20,659 bases of DNA from Campylobacterales bacterium (GCA_038205935.1 JBBRBK010000035.1:1-20659); one strand, 5' to 3'. Shown: positions 10,572 to 19,313, counted from the stretch's first letter. The notes: generated by a model from the letters alone, not told the origin. Translations and numbers: made by a program.

Positions 10572-12204
10572 ATATAACAATATCGCTCTTTATGCCTCGG
10601 CTTTTATTATTATCATTCTGATACTTTTCGCCGTATTTCGTGACACTTCAAACTCTATAACTCTTAATGAAGCGCAAAAAATACTGGTAGATCATACAGT
10701 AACAAATGTCATCGCTACAAAAGAGTACGTCTATCTTAAAACAAAAACTGATATTTATAAAATAGCAACTTCACAAGTAACACCGGCAATGTTCGCTGAT
10801 TATAAGGTTGAAATCGAAGAGGGGCATTCTGAACTTACTACTTTACTTTATGTTATTTTATTTCTAGGCGCTGGATCTTATGCGTTTCGCTGGTACCAAA
10901 AAAATGGCTCTAATATACATTTTGGATCTTCCCGCACCTCAGATGTTACAGCACCTATCGCATCAAATGAACCAATCCAAGCAATCAAACCAAATGTCTC
11001 TTTTGATGATATTGGCGGAATCAGTGAAGTAAAAGTGGAACTCTCAGAGATTATCGACTTTATGAAAAATCCAAAACGTTACCGAACTTTTGGAGCAAGA
11101 ATGCCCCGCGGTGTTTTGCTTGTAGGCCCTCCGGGTGTGGGGAAAACGATGATTGCTAAAGCTGTTGCTCATGAAGCAGGTGTACCATTTTTTTACCAAA
11201 GTGGTGCTTCTTTTGTGCAGATCTATGTGGGAATGGGAGCAAAAAGAGTACATGAGCTCTTCTTGGCAGCGAAGAAAAATGCGCCTGCAATCATCTTTAT
11301 AGATGAGATTGATGCTGTTGGTAAAAAACGTGATGGCAATCGTAATGATGAACGTGAAGCAACGCTCAATCAACTTCTCACCGAGATGGACGGATTTGAA
11401 GAATCAAGCGATATTATCGTCATTGCTGCGACAAATAAAATAGATGTCTTAGATAGTGCCTTACTCCGCGCGGGACGTTTTGACAGACGTATTTTCGTTG
11501 ATCTTCCTACAAAAGGAGAACGTGCTTCTATCATTGCAAAATATTTAGCTTCAATTTCTAATGAAACAGATATCAATGTTTTAGCAAATATGACAGTGGG
11601 TTTTAACGGTGCATCTTTAGCCGCACTTGTGAATGAAGCGGCACTACTTTCATTGCGTCAAAATGGCACACAAGTTACAATGGAGCATTTTTATCAGGTC
11701 AAAGATAAAGTGATGTTTGGTAAAAGAAAACTGCTGATGCTCAGTGATGATCAAAAAGCACATCGCATATCTTATCAGGCTGGAAAAGCAGTTGCTGCGA
11801 CACTTTATAATATAGATTTTGAAAAGCTGTTACTTTCTAACGAGTCGATGACTCCACCAGTTACAACGCCGCTTCTCAAACATGAGATAGAAGCACGTAT
11901 ACGAATGCTTTTGGGCGGTGTTACTGCATGTGACTTAAAATATGGCGAGCATTCTAGCAGTGCGAAGATTGATCTTGATGAAGCAAAACAGAGTGTCAAA
12001 GAGATGATCGAAGTCTTTGGTATGGGCACGACTCTTTTAGCATCAAAGAGCCAAGAAGACGCTCTTATGAAAAGACTTTATGAAGAGACTAAAGAAAGCA
12101 TAGGTGGCTTTAGAAGTGTATTGCAATATGTTGAAGAGATACTCTATGAGCGTGAAAGCATTACAAAAGATGAGATTGAGGCAAAGCTAGATGGTTTACT
12201 ATAG
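10558..12204 (+). CDS. FtsH-like membrane AAA+ ATPase paralog with degenerate protease motif
   Basis: Two N-terminal TMs, Walker A GPPGVGKT, Walker B IIFIDEID and [13 protein letters not shown]. The HExxH position reads YQAGK. Confidence 0.88.
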   Translation: MFKSKYNNIALYASAFIIIILILFAVFRDTSNSITLNEAQKILVDHTVTNVIATKEYVYLKTKTDIYKIATSQVTPAMFADYKVEIEEGHSELTTLLYVILFLGAGSYAFRWYQKNGSNIHFGSSRTSDVTAPIASNEPIQAIKPNVSFDDIGGISEVKVELSEIIDFMKNPKRYRTFGARMPRGVLLVGPPGVGKTMIAKAVAHEAGVPFFYQSGASFVQIYVGMGAKRVHELFLAAKKNAPAIIFIDEIDAVGKKRDGNRNDEREATLNQLLTEMDGFEESSDIIVIAATNKIDVLDSALLRAGRFDRRIFVDLPTKGERASIIAKYLASISNETDINVLANMTVGFNGASLAALVNEAALLSLRQNGTQVTMEHFYQVKDKVMFGKRKLLMLSDDQKAHRISYQAGKAVAATLYNIDFEKLLLSNESMTPPVTTPLLKHEIEARIRMLLGGVTACDLKYGEHSSSAKIDLDEAKQSVKEMIEVFGMGTTLLASKSQEDALMKRLYEETKESIGGFRSVLQYVEEILYERESITKDEIEAKLDGLL

Positions 12205-12703
12205 TGGATTTTCTCTCAAAGATGACAGTTCTTTTTTTGAAAAATATCTAAAACAAAGTGACTATAACGTTGCTGGATTTAGTTATGGTGCGATCAAAGC
12301 TTTTGAATATATCCTTACATGTAAGGAAAGAATTGACACGCTTCAGCTTTTTTCTCCCGCATTTTTTCAGACAAAACCAAAAACTTTTAAACGCGCGCAA
12401 ATGATGGCGTATAAAAAAGATAAAGAAAAATATTTAAGCCAGTTTATACAAGGATGTTTTGAGCCAAATGAACTCAAAAAGACTTTACATGTGAGCACTC
12501 AAGAGAGCGAACTTGAAGAGCTTTTACATTACGAATGGGACGCTCAAAAGTTAAAATCAATTAAAGAAAGCGGTGTGCAGATAGAAGTATATTTGGGCAG
12601 TGAAGATAAAATCATCGATGCGCAGGGCGCAAAAGAGTTTTTTCTTCCCTACGCTACGACTTACTTTATAAATGGTGCAAACCATTTTTTACAGATAGAT
12701 TAG
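12191..12703 (+). CDS. bioV: Pimeloyl-ACP methyl ester esterase BioV
   Basis: YYSGFSL, AGFSYGAIKA nucleophile motif, LFSPAFF, GSEDKIID, ANHFL. It lies directly after the FtsH paralog, as in Helicobacter. Confidence 0.88.
   Translation: MVYYSGFSLKDDSSFFEKYLKQSDYNVAGFSYGAIKAFEYILTCKERIDTLQLFSPAFFQTKPKTFKRAQMMAYKKDKEKYLSQFIQGCFEPNELKKTLHVSTQESELEELLHYEWDAQKLKSIKESGVQIEVYLGSEDKIIDAQGAKEFFLPYATTYFINGANHFLQID
12312..12327. repeat. Iterated palindrome, extended: TCCTTACATGTAAGGA
   Basis: Perfect 16-bp palindrome inside bioV. Further CTTACATGTA copies start at 2832, 3232, 10049 and 10518. Confidence 0.7.
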
Positions 12704-12712
12704 GAGAAAAAT

Positions 12713-13246
12713 ATGGCAGAAATAAAAATAGGTGTGATCACTGCGAGTGATAGAGCAAGTGCGGGAATTTATGAAGATATATCTGGAATAGCAATTCAAG
12801 ATACGATGAAAGATTATTTAATAAGTGAATTCGAGATCGTCTATAGATGTATTCCTGATGAGCAGGATATCATTGAGGCGACGATGAAAGAGCTTTGTGA
12901 CGTGGCAGGGTGTTGTTTGGTTGTTACAACTGGCGGAACAGGTCCGGCTCTTCGTGATGTAACCCCTGAAGCGACTGAGAATGTATGTCAGAAGATGATG
13001 CCAGGATTTGGCGAATTGATGCGTCAAGTAAGCTTACAATACGTTCCAACAGCAATACTTTCGCGTCAAACTGCAGGTATTCGTGGTAAATCTCTTATCA
13101 TTAATCTTCCGGGAAAACCAAAATCAATACGTGAGTGTTTAGACGCTGTATTTCCAGCTGTTCCTTACTGTATAGATCTTATAGAAGGACCGTATATACA
13201 AACAAATGAAGAAGTGATGAAGGCTTTTAGACCAAAAAATAAATAA
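12713..13246 (+). CDS. mog: Molybdopterin adenylyltransferase
   Basis: SDRASAGIYEDISG, TTGGTGPALRDVTPEAT, PTAILSRQTAG, NLPGKPKSI; strong AGGAG RBS. Confidence 0.96.
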   Translation: MAEIKIGVITASDRASAGIYEDISGIAIQDTMKDYLISEFEIVYRCIPDEQDIIEATMKELCDVAGCCLVVTTGGTGPALRDVTPEATENVCQKMMPGFGELMRQVSLQYVPTAILSRQTAGIRGKSLIINLPGKPKSIRECLDAVFPAVPYCIDLIEGPYIQTNEEVMKAFRPKNK

Positions 13247-13283
13247 ACAGAGTCTAAAAATAAAACTATCAGAAATATTTATA

Positions 13284-13289
13284 TATAAT
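13284..13289 (+). promoter_or_regulatory. Putative -10 box for the signalling operon
   Basis: TATAAT in the AT-rich mog-kinase intergenic region; could be a chance match. Confidence 0.35.
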
Positions 13290-13352
13290 CTAAGGATCTA
13301 AGATGAAAAAAAGTTACTCTAATTGATAAGTAAATACTTAAAGGCATTTGAC

Positions 13353-15971
13353 ATGAAGTTTGCTTCTGTAAATAAAAAACTAAATTTAGCAATTATTGGT
13401 GTTTCTCTTGTATCACTTGCAGTGAGTTCTGCTATTCTTTTTTGGTATGCACAAAAAACTAAAATAGAAATATATGAAAATGTCAGAACTGAATTGATTA
13501 CACAAACAAATCAACAGATCAAAGCAAAAATGGATGTTGGGATTACTAATGCGTATTCCATTGCAAATGATGCGAGAATCAAGCAATCCTACATTACTAA
13601 TAATCGTGAATATGCTATTGACGCTTTAGGACAGATTTCACGTAATATGAAAGAAAATACAGAATTCAATAATATAAAAATCCATCTTCATACAAAAGAT
13701 AACAAATCTTTTTTAAGAGTTTGGGATCAAACGCATTATGGCGATGATCTCAGTTCATTTAGAAAAGCTGTTGTAGAAGTCAATAAAAATTTTAAGCCTA
13801 TAGTTGCCTTTGAAGGTGGTAAAGCTGGACTCTTACTTAGAGCTATCGTGCCTATTATGGATGATAAAGAGCACTATGGATCACTTGAATTTATTCAAGG
13901 AATGAACTCTGTTGCCACTTATTTTGATAAACAACAGATAGGTTTTTTACTGCTTATGGATGAAAAAGTTAAAGAAAACATTACAAAAAGTACTCAAAAA
14001 GAGAAATCAGATCATCTCATTTTCAACAACTATATAATCTCTCAAAAATTGATGAATCAAGCTCTTTTAGCTGATTTGAGAAGTGTGGATTCTAAAAAAC
14101 TCTTTACAAACGAATATATAGTAGATTCAAAATATTTTTATACATTTGAAGATATTAAAGATTTTGAAGGCAAAAAGATAGGCGTTGTCATTCTTTCTAA
14201 ACCTATTGAAGTTGTAAACTCTCTTATAGTGCGTCAAAATAATCTTATTTTTATGGCTCTTTTTGGAATTTTAGTTATGGCAATTGTGATATCTTTGGTC
14301 GTAATTGTTGCTATTAGAAGATTGGTGATTCATCCTTTAGCTGTCTTTGAAAAGGCTTTACTTGATTTCTTTTTATTTTTACAAGGGAAAAAAGAGCAGG
14401 TTGTTGGCATAGAGATCGATTCTAATGATGAGTTTGGAATGATGGCAAAATCATTGCGGGAAAATATAGCTGTGAGTGCGAGATTGCATGAAGAGATCAA
14501 AGATCTTAACCTCAATCTTGAAGAGAAAATAGAGGAAAAAACAAAAAAAATATCTGTTCTTTTGGATAATGCAGGTCAAGGCTTTTTAACATTTGATAAA
14601 AATTTCATGATAGATGATGAATATTCAAAAGAATGTGTCAAACTCATAGGCGATGAGATAAGCGGTAAAAATATTGCAGAGCTTCTTTTTACAGATAAGC
14701 TTAAACAAGAGTTTTTTAGAACAACTTTGCTTGAAGCACTCAGTGAGACTATGTTACTTAAACAAAACTCGTACATCTCTCTTTTGCCACAAGTGATTCT
14801 TTTAAATAAAAAAGTAATGAAGCTTGAATATAAGATCTTAGAAAATGAGTATTTTATGTTAATCCTTACAAATATTACCTCTCAAAGAAAACTTGAAAGT
14901 AAGATGAAAAAAGAGCAGGAAACTTTCAAAATGATTATTTCTATAGTGAGTGAGAGTAACACTTTCTTTGATCTAAAAAAAGATTACAGTGAATTTATAA
15001 ATAGCTATCGTACCCTTGTAGATATTTCACAAGCACCAAAATATAATGTAGGTGAAGTTTATAGAGCTATTCATACATTTAAAGGTTCCTTTTCTCAAAT
15101 GTTCATGCAAAATGTTGTAACTTTTTTACATGATCTTGAAACAAAAATTTCATTTATGATTAAAAAAGGAGATATCACAAATGAGGAGCTTTTAAATCTC
15201 TTGGATAACGCTGATTTTGATAGTAGTTTAAATGAAAGTTTAAAAATTATAGAAGAGATATTAGGCGAAGAGTTTTTAGATTCACAAGATTTTTTAAAGA
15301 TTAATCTATCAAATATTCTTTCGCTTCAAGAAAAAATAGCTAAGATACTTGATAAAGTGGATTCAACTTCTCCAGAGTGTCAGGACCTTTTATGTCATGT
15401 CCAAAATCTTTCAAATATAAAGCTTGTTGATCTTTTAAGACCATACAATAAATTGGTACAGCAGTTAGCTACAAAATTTTCTAAAGAGATTTATGAATTT
15501 GATATTATCGGAGATTCACAGATAGCAGTTACAGAAGAGATGAAACCTTTTGTGAAATCGTTGATACATCTCTTTAGAAATAGTGTTGATCATGGGATTG
15601 AGTCTGCTGAGGAGAGAGAAGAACTTGAAAAAGATGAAATAGGAACGATTAGTTGTGAGATATCTCTTAGAGATGATAAACTTCATATTATTATTAAAGA
15701 TGATGGTTCTGGCATTGATAGAGAAAAAATAAGAAGTAAAGCACAAACTCTAAATATAGATACAACTCATTTGAATGAAATCGAGATTTTAAATCTCATC
15801 TTTGAAGACGGTTTTAGTACAAAAGAGAGTGTTAATGAGATATCAGGAAGAGGGATTGGGATGGCAGCTATGAAAAATGAACTAGACAAGCTTGATGGTG
15901 TGATTTATATAGAAACACAAAAAAATGTTGGAACAACATTTGAATTTGTTATACCAATGCAAGGAAAATAG
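13353..15971 (+). CDS. Membrane sensor histidine kinase with CheA-like HPt and HATPase but no CheW domain (TM-Cache-TM-HAMP-PAS-HPt-HATPase)
   Basis: Two TMs flank a Cache-like domain (HLHTKDNKSFLRVW..GDDLSSFR..GSLEFIQG). Then HAMP (HPL...NDEFGMMAKSL), a PAS-like segment (LLDNAGQGFLTFD), the HPt H-box VYRAIHTFKGS, and CheA-type LIHLFRNSVDHGIE, DDGSGID, FEDGFST, SGRGIGM and GTTF. The protein ends right after the HATPase. ATG 13353 has an AAAGG RBS; alternative TTG start at 13323. Confidence 0.9.
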   Translation: MKFASVNKKLNLAIIGVSLVSLAVSSAILFWYAQKTKIEIYENVRTELITQTNQQIKAKMDVGITNAYSIANDARIKQSYITNNREYAIDALGQISRNMKENTEFNNIKIHLHTKDNKSFLRVWDQTHYGDDLSSFRKAVVEVNKNFKPIVAFEGGKAGLLLRAIVPIMDDKEHYGSLEFIQGMNSVATYFDKQQIGFLLLMDEKVKENITKSTQKEKSDHLIFNNYIISQKLMNQALLADLRSVDSKKLFTNEYIVDSKYFYTFEDIKDFEGKKIGVVILSKPIEVVNSLIVRQNNLIFMALFGILVMAIVISLVVIVAIRRLVIHPLAVFEKALLDFFLFLQGKKEQVVGIEIDSNDEFGMMAKSLRENIAVSARLHEEIKDLNLNLEEKIEEKTKKISVLLDNAGQGFLTFDKNFMIDDEYSKECVKLIGDEISGKNIAELLFTDKLKQEFFRTTLLEALSETMLLKQNSYISLLPQVILLNKKVMKLEYKILENEYFMLILTNITSQRKLESKMKKEQETFKMIISIVSESNTFFDLKKDYSEFINSYRTLVDISQAPKYNVGEVYRAIHTFKGSFSQMFMQNVVTFLHDLETKISFMIKKGDITNEELLNLLDNADFDSSLNESLKIIEEILGEEFLDSQDFLKINLSNILSLQEKIAKILDKVDSTSPECQDLLCHVQNLSNIKLVDLLRPYNKLVQQLATKFSKEIYEFDIIGDSQIAVTEEMKPFVKSLIHLFRNSVDHGIESAEEREELEKDEIGTISCEISLRDDKLHIIIKDDGSGIDREKIRSKAQTLNIDTTHLNEIEILNLIFEDGFSTKESVNEISGRGIGMAAMKNELDKLDGVIYIETQKNVGTTFEFVIPMQGK

Positions 15972-15972
15972 A

Positions 15973-16443
15973 ATGATTATAGAATCTTTATTGCTTCAAA
16001 CGAAGCTGTTTTTACAAGATGATATGGGAATAAAAATAGAAAAAACTCAAGTAGCTGATGGAACTGATAGAGTTTCTTTGGGTGATTATACTTCTATGAT
16101 CGGTGTTGGAGGTAAAGTGAACCTTATGGTTATTATCAGTTACCAAAATGAGCTTCTTAATGTATTGGTGGATAGCTTTATGGATGGCGAGGAAGTTGAT
16201 CCAGATGAAGAGCAGGAAATTAAAGATAGTGTTGCAGGAGAGGTTGTAAATACGATTATGGGACTCGCTCTTCCAACGTTTCCAAGTAGAGGTAAAGGTG
16301 TTACAATTACACCACCAATTACAATAAATGATGCTTCAAACATAGCAAAACATAAAAATTCGAAGATTATTACAGCGATTATAACAACAAAACATGGCGA
16401 GATGAGTGTAAGCGTTATAGGACCTGAAGATATATTAAAATAA
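15973..16443 (+). CDS. cheX: CheX-family phosphatase
   Basis: YTSMIGVGG; DSVAGEVVNTIMG (E-x2-N catalytic motif); ITPPITI. The likely start is ATG 15973 after the AAGGA RBS (the ORF track starts at 15925). Confidence 0.85.
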   Translation: MIIESLLLQTKLFLQDDMGIKIEKTQVADGTDRVSLGDYTSMIGVGGKVNLMVIISYQNELLNVLVDSFMDGEEVDPDEEQEIKDSVAGEVVNTIMGLALPTFPSRGKGVTITPPITINDASNIAKHKNSKIITAIITTKHGEMSVSVIGPEDILK

Positions 16444-16458
16444 ATAAGGAATAAAAAT

Positions 16459-16872
16459 ATGCTAAAAGTTTTGATAGTAGATGATTCAATGATTATAAGA
16501 AAGAAAGTTGCAAAGTTATTTGAGAAATTTGGTCATGAAGTTTTAGGCGATGCACAAAATGGACAAGAAGCGATTGAAAAGTACAACAGCTACAAACCTG
16601 ATCTTGTTACTATGGACATAACAATGCCGGATATGGATGGTATAACCGCTGTAAAAGAGATTATGAAAGATCATAAAGATGCGAAAATCATTATGGTCAC
16701 TTCCCATGGACAAGAAGATATGGTTATTAAATCAATCCAAGCAGGTGCAGTCGGTTACATGTTAAAACCCATTACTGAAGAAAAACTAGCACAGACAATA
16801 GGTGAAATTTTTCCAGAGTATGCAGTTGATGAACAAGATGATGAGATAGATATATTAGATGAAAATTTTTAA
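16459..16872 (+). CDS. Single-domain CheY-like response regulator with acidic C-terminal tail
   Basis: VLIVDDS, phosphoacceptor in DLVTMDITMPDMDG, MVTS, AGAVGYMLKP; tail DEQDDEIDILDENF. Confidence 0.92.
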   Translation: MLKVLIVDDSMIIRKKVAKLFEKFGHEVLGDAQNGQEAIEKYNSYKPDLVTMDITMPDMDGITAVKEIMKDHKDAKIIMVTSHGQEDMVIKSIQAGAVGYMLKPITEEKLAQTIGEIFPEYAVDEQDDEIDILDENF

Positions 16873-16884
16873 GAAAATTGATTG

Positions 16885-17838
16885 ATGCGAGAAAATAAAC
16901 TTTTTGAAGCGCTTTTAGATGTTATACCATTTGCTTCTTATGCGGCAGATATAGATACTTATGAAGTTGTGTATGCAAATAAAATGATGTATGAAAAGAT
17001 GTATGCACCTCGTGAAAAAGCTTGTTGGAAAAAAATATATGGCCAAGAAGATGTTTGTAGCTGGTGTACAATCTCAAAATTTAAGCAAAGAGAAAAGCTT
17101 TATAACAGCGGAAAAATTGAAAGCACTTTTTTTGATGAAGCAACAGATAAATGGTTTCAAGTATATGATGAGATTGTTAGATGGCCAGATGGCAAAACAG
17201 TGAAATATACTATTGCAGTAGATATTACAGAACAAAAAGAGATACAAGCGTCATTTATAAAAACACATACAAAACTTGCACTTCAAACAAGAAAACTCAA
17301 AAGTACTTATGAAAAAATGGAGATTTTAGCGACAAAAGATTTTTTAACGGGCATAAACAATAGAGGAAACTTTTTTACACTTGGAGAAAAACTTTGGGAA
17401 ACTGAGCTTGAAGAAGGGCTAAATATTTATGTTGCAATGCTTGATATTGATAAATTTAAATCCCTCAATGATAACTATGGACATAAAATCGGGGACAAAG
17501 CACTCCTTGAGTTTACTAAAAGTGTTAGCATTCACTTAGCAAAAGATGATATTTTTGGAAGAATCGGAGGCGAAGAGTTTGCTCTTATTATAGTTGCACT
17601 TTGTAGTGATGATGTAGAAAATAGGCTTGAAACTATTCGAAAAGATGTGGCTTCTATTGTTATAGAAAATGAGCAACAAGAGAAGATACAATTTACTGTA
17701 AGTATTGGACTCTTTGAAAAAGAGAATAATATACCACTTGATAAAGCACTTGAGTGTGCAGATGAAAAGCTTTATGAAGCTAAAGAAAGTGGAAGAAATA
17801 AAATAATATTTAGAAATGGTACAGATGGTAGAAAATAA
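16885..17838 (+). CDS. PAS-GGDEF diguanylate cyclase
   Basis: PAS-like N-terminus ending in DITE; DFLTGINNR, MLDIDKFKSLNDNYGHKIGD, GRIGGEEF, TVSIG, ADEKLYEAKESGRN. ATG at 16885 (alternative TTG at 16882). Confidence 0.93.
   Translation: MRENKLFEALLDVIPFASYAADIDTYEVVYANKMMYEKMYAPREKACWKKIYGQEDVCSWCTISKFKQREKLYNSGKIESTFFDEATDKWFQVYDEIVRWPDGKTVKYTIAVDITEQKEIQASFIKTHTKLALQTRKLKSTYEKMEILATKDFLTGINNRGNFFTLGEKLWETELEEGLNIYVAMLDIDKFKSLNDNYGHKIGDKALLEFTKSVSIHLAKDDIFGRIGGEEFALIIVALCSDDVENRLETIRKDVASIVIENEQQEKIQFTVSIGLFEKENNIPLDKALECADEKLYEAKESGRNKIIFRNGTDGRK
16890..16910 (+). repeat. Direct repeat copy 1 (AGAAAATAAACTTTTTGAAGC) at the start of the duplicated PAS module
   Basis: Identical 21-mer at 17830-17850; similarity continues downstream in both genes. 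Confidence 0.85.
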
Positions 17839-18475
17839 ACTTTTTGAAGCACTCTTAGACGTTATCCCTTTTGGTGCATATGCTGTCGATATCAACACTT
17901 ACGAAGTTGTTTATGCAAATAAACTTATGAGAGAAAATATGTTTGCTCCACAGGGAAAAAAATGTTGGGAAGCGATGTACGGACAAGATGAGGCTTGTAG
18001 TTGGTGTAGTGTAAAAACATTAATAGAGAAAAAAAGTCTCAAAATGCAACAAGATGAAAAATATATAAAAGATTTTTTTTATGAGCATGATGATAGATGG
18101 CTAAAATCTTATAGTGAGATTATACATTGGCCTGATGGAAGAGATGTAAAGTACTCTATCTTGATAGATATCACAGATGAAAAAGCTTTATATGGAGATA
18201 TGATTCAAGCTCATGCAAAGATGGCAATTGTAAACAAGCACATTACAACGACAAATAAGAATCTACAGATTACAAAGCTAAAATTTCAAAAATCTTCAAA
18301 TGAACTTGAGTTCTTAAAAGATGAGATAATAATTGCCACAAATATGATGATGGATTTAATGGTAAAGATAGAAAATACAAATCTCAGTTCGGAGCAACTT
18401 GAATATATATATACACTAAAAAATGCATCTAACAAACTTTCAAATATTGTTAAAAAAAATTCTACTGAGAATTAG
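17825..18475 (+). CDS. PAS-domain protein paralogous to the DGC N-terminus, with coiled coil and degenerate HisKA-like C-terminus
   Basis: ENKLFEALLDVIPF, TYEVVYANK, C-x10-CSWC, WPDG and DIT are shared with the upstream DGC. The C-terminus is TNLSSEQLEYIYTLKNASNKLSNIV. Start ATG 17825 (alternative 17816). Confidence 0.8.
   Translation: MVENKLFEALLDVIPFGAYAVDINTYEVVYANKLMRENMFAPQGKKCWEAMYGQDEACSWCSVKTLIEKKSLKMQQDEKYIKDFFYEHDDRWLKSYSEIIHWPDGRDVKYSILIDITDEKALYGDMIQAHAKMAIVNKHITTTNKNLQITKLKFQKSSNELEFLKDEIIIATNMMMDLMVKIENTNLSSEQLEYIYTLKNASNKLSNIVKKNSTEN
17830..17850 (+). repeat. Direct repeat copy 2 at the start of the paralogous PAS gene
   Basis: Identical to 16890-16910. Confidence 0.85.
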
Positions 18476-19248
18476 ATAGAGATTCTAATTCCTACAGGAC
18501 AGTGATCTGATCCTGTGACTTCTGGCAATATGAAAGCATCTTCAAGGTTTTCTGCCAAATCCTCAGAGATGAAGAAATAATCGATTCTCCAGCCGACATT
18601 GTTTGCTCTTGCATTGGCTCTGTAGCTCCACCAACTGTAAGCATCTGCTATGTCTCCATGCACATATCTAAATGTATCGATATATCCATGAGATAAAAAT
18701 TTGTCTATCCAAGCACGTTCAATCGGTAAAAATCCACTTGTCTTTGAGTTTGCTTTTGGATTTTTAAGATCTATCTCGCGATGAGCCGTGTTGACATCTC
18801 CACAGATGATAATAGATTTTCCCTCTTCTTTGAGTTTTTCGCAGTAGTCAAGAAAATCATCATAAAACTTCATTTTCACATCAAGTCTTTCATCATCTCT
18901 TTGACCGTTTGGAAAGTAGACATTAAAAAGCGCGATATCTCCAAAATGCTGTTCAACGATTCGACCCTCATTTAGAAGATCAATATGCTTACATGGTGAG
19001 TTAAAATCACTTTTTATTGCTGAAAATGTAGCAGTTCCAGAGTAGCCTTTTTTATCGGCACTGTTGACTAAGAATTCATCGTGTTGTTTTAAAAAGAGAG
19101 CGTCAGGAATCTGCTCTCGCACGGCTTTTATCTCCTGAAGACAAAGAATATCTGTATCTCTTTCATCTATCCATTTAAGTGCTTCTTTTGATGCAACAGC
19201 GCGGATACCATTAACATTCCATGAGATAATTTCTATTGAGTTTGACAT
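18472..19248 (-). CDS. xth: Exodeoxyribonuclease III (Xth/ExoA AP endonuclease)
   Basis: ISWNVNGIRA, LCLQEIK, GYSG, NVYFPNG, CGDVNTAH, YSWWSYR, GWRIDYF, GSDHCPV. Confidence 0.95.
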   Translation of the reverse strand: MSNSIEIISWNVNGIRAVASKEALKWIDERDTDILCLQEIKAVREQIPDALFLKQHDEFLVNSADKKGYSGTATFSAIKSDFNSPCKHIDLLNEGRIVEQHFGDIALFNVYFPNGQRDDERLDVKMKFYDDFLDYCEKLKEEGKSIIICGDVNTAHREIDLKNPKANSKTSGFLPIERAWIDKFLSHGYIDTFRYVHGDIADAYSWWSYRANARANNVGWRIDYFFISEDLAENLEDAFILPEVTGSDHCPVGIRISI

Positions 19249-19284
19249 TATAATTCTTTATATATAGGGATTTTTAAAAGTGGG

Positions 19285-19305
19285 TACAGGGAAAAAATCC
19301 CTGTA
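19285..19305 (-). terminator. Stem-loop after the CCG-domain gene, possible terminator
   Basis: 8-bp stem TACAGGGA/TCCCTGTA with a 5-nt loop, 8 nt past the stop codon. The U-tract on the minus strand is weak (CCCACTTTT). Confidence 0.45.
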
Positions 19306-19313
19306 AAAAAGGT

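Noticed and set aside
13306..13312. A7 tract as a phase-variation switch for the kinase
   Set aside because: Changing the tract length still meets TAA at 13320-13322 in the kinase frame, and short A tracts are common in AT-rich DNA.
13353..15971. Naming the kinase cheA
   Set aside because: It has TM/sensor domains, an internal rather than N-terminal HPt, and no CheW-like domain.
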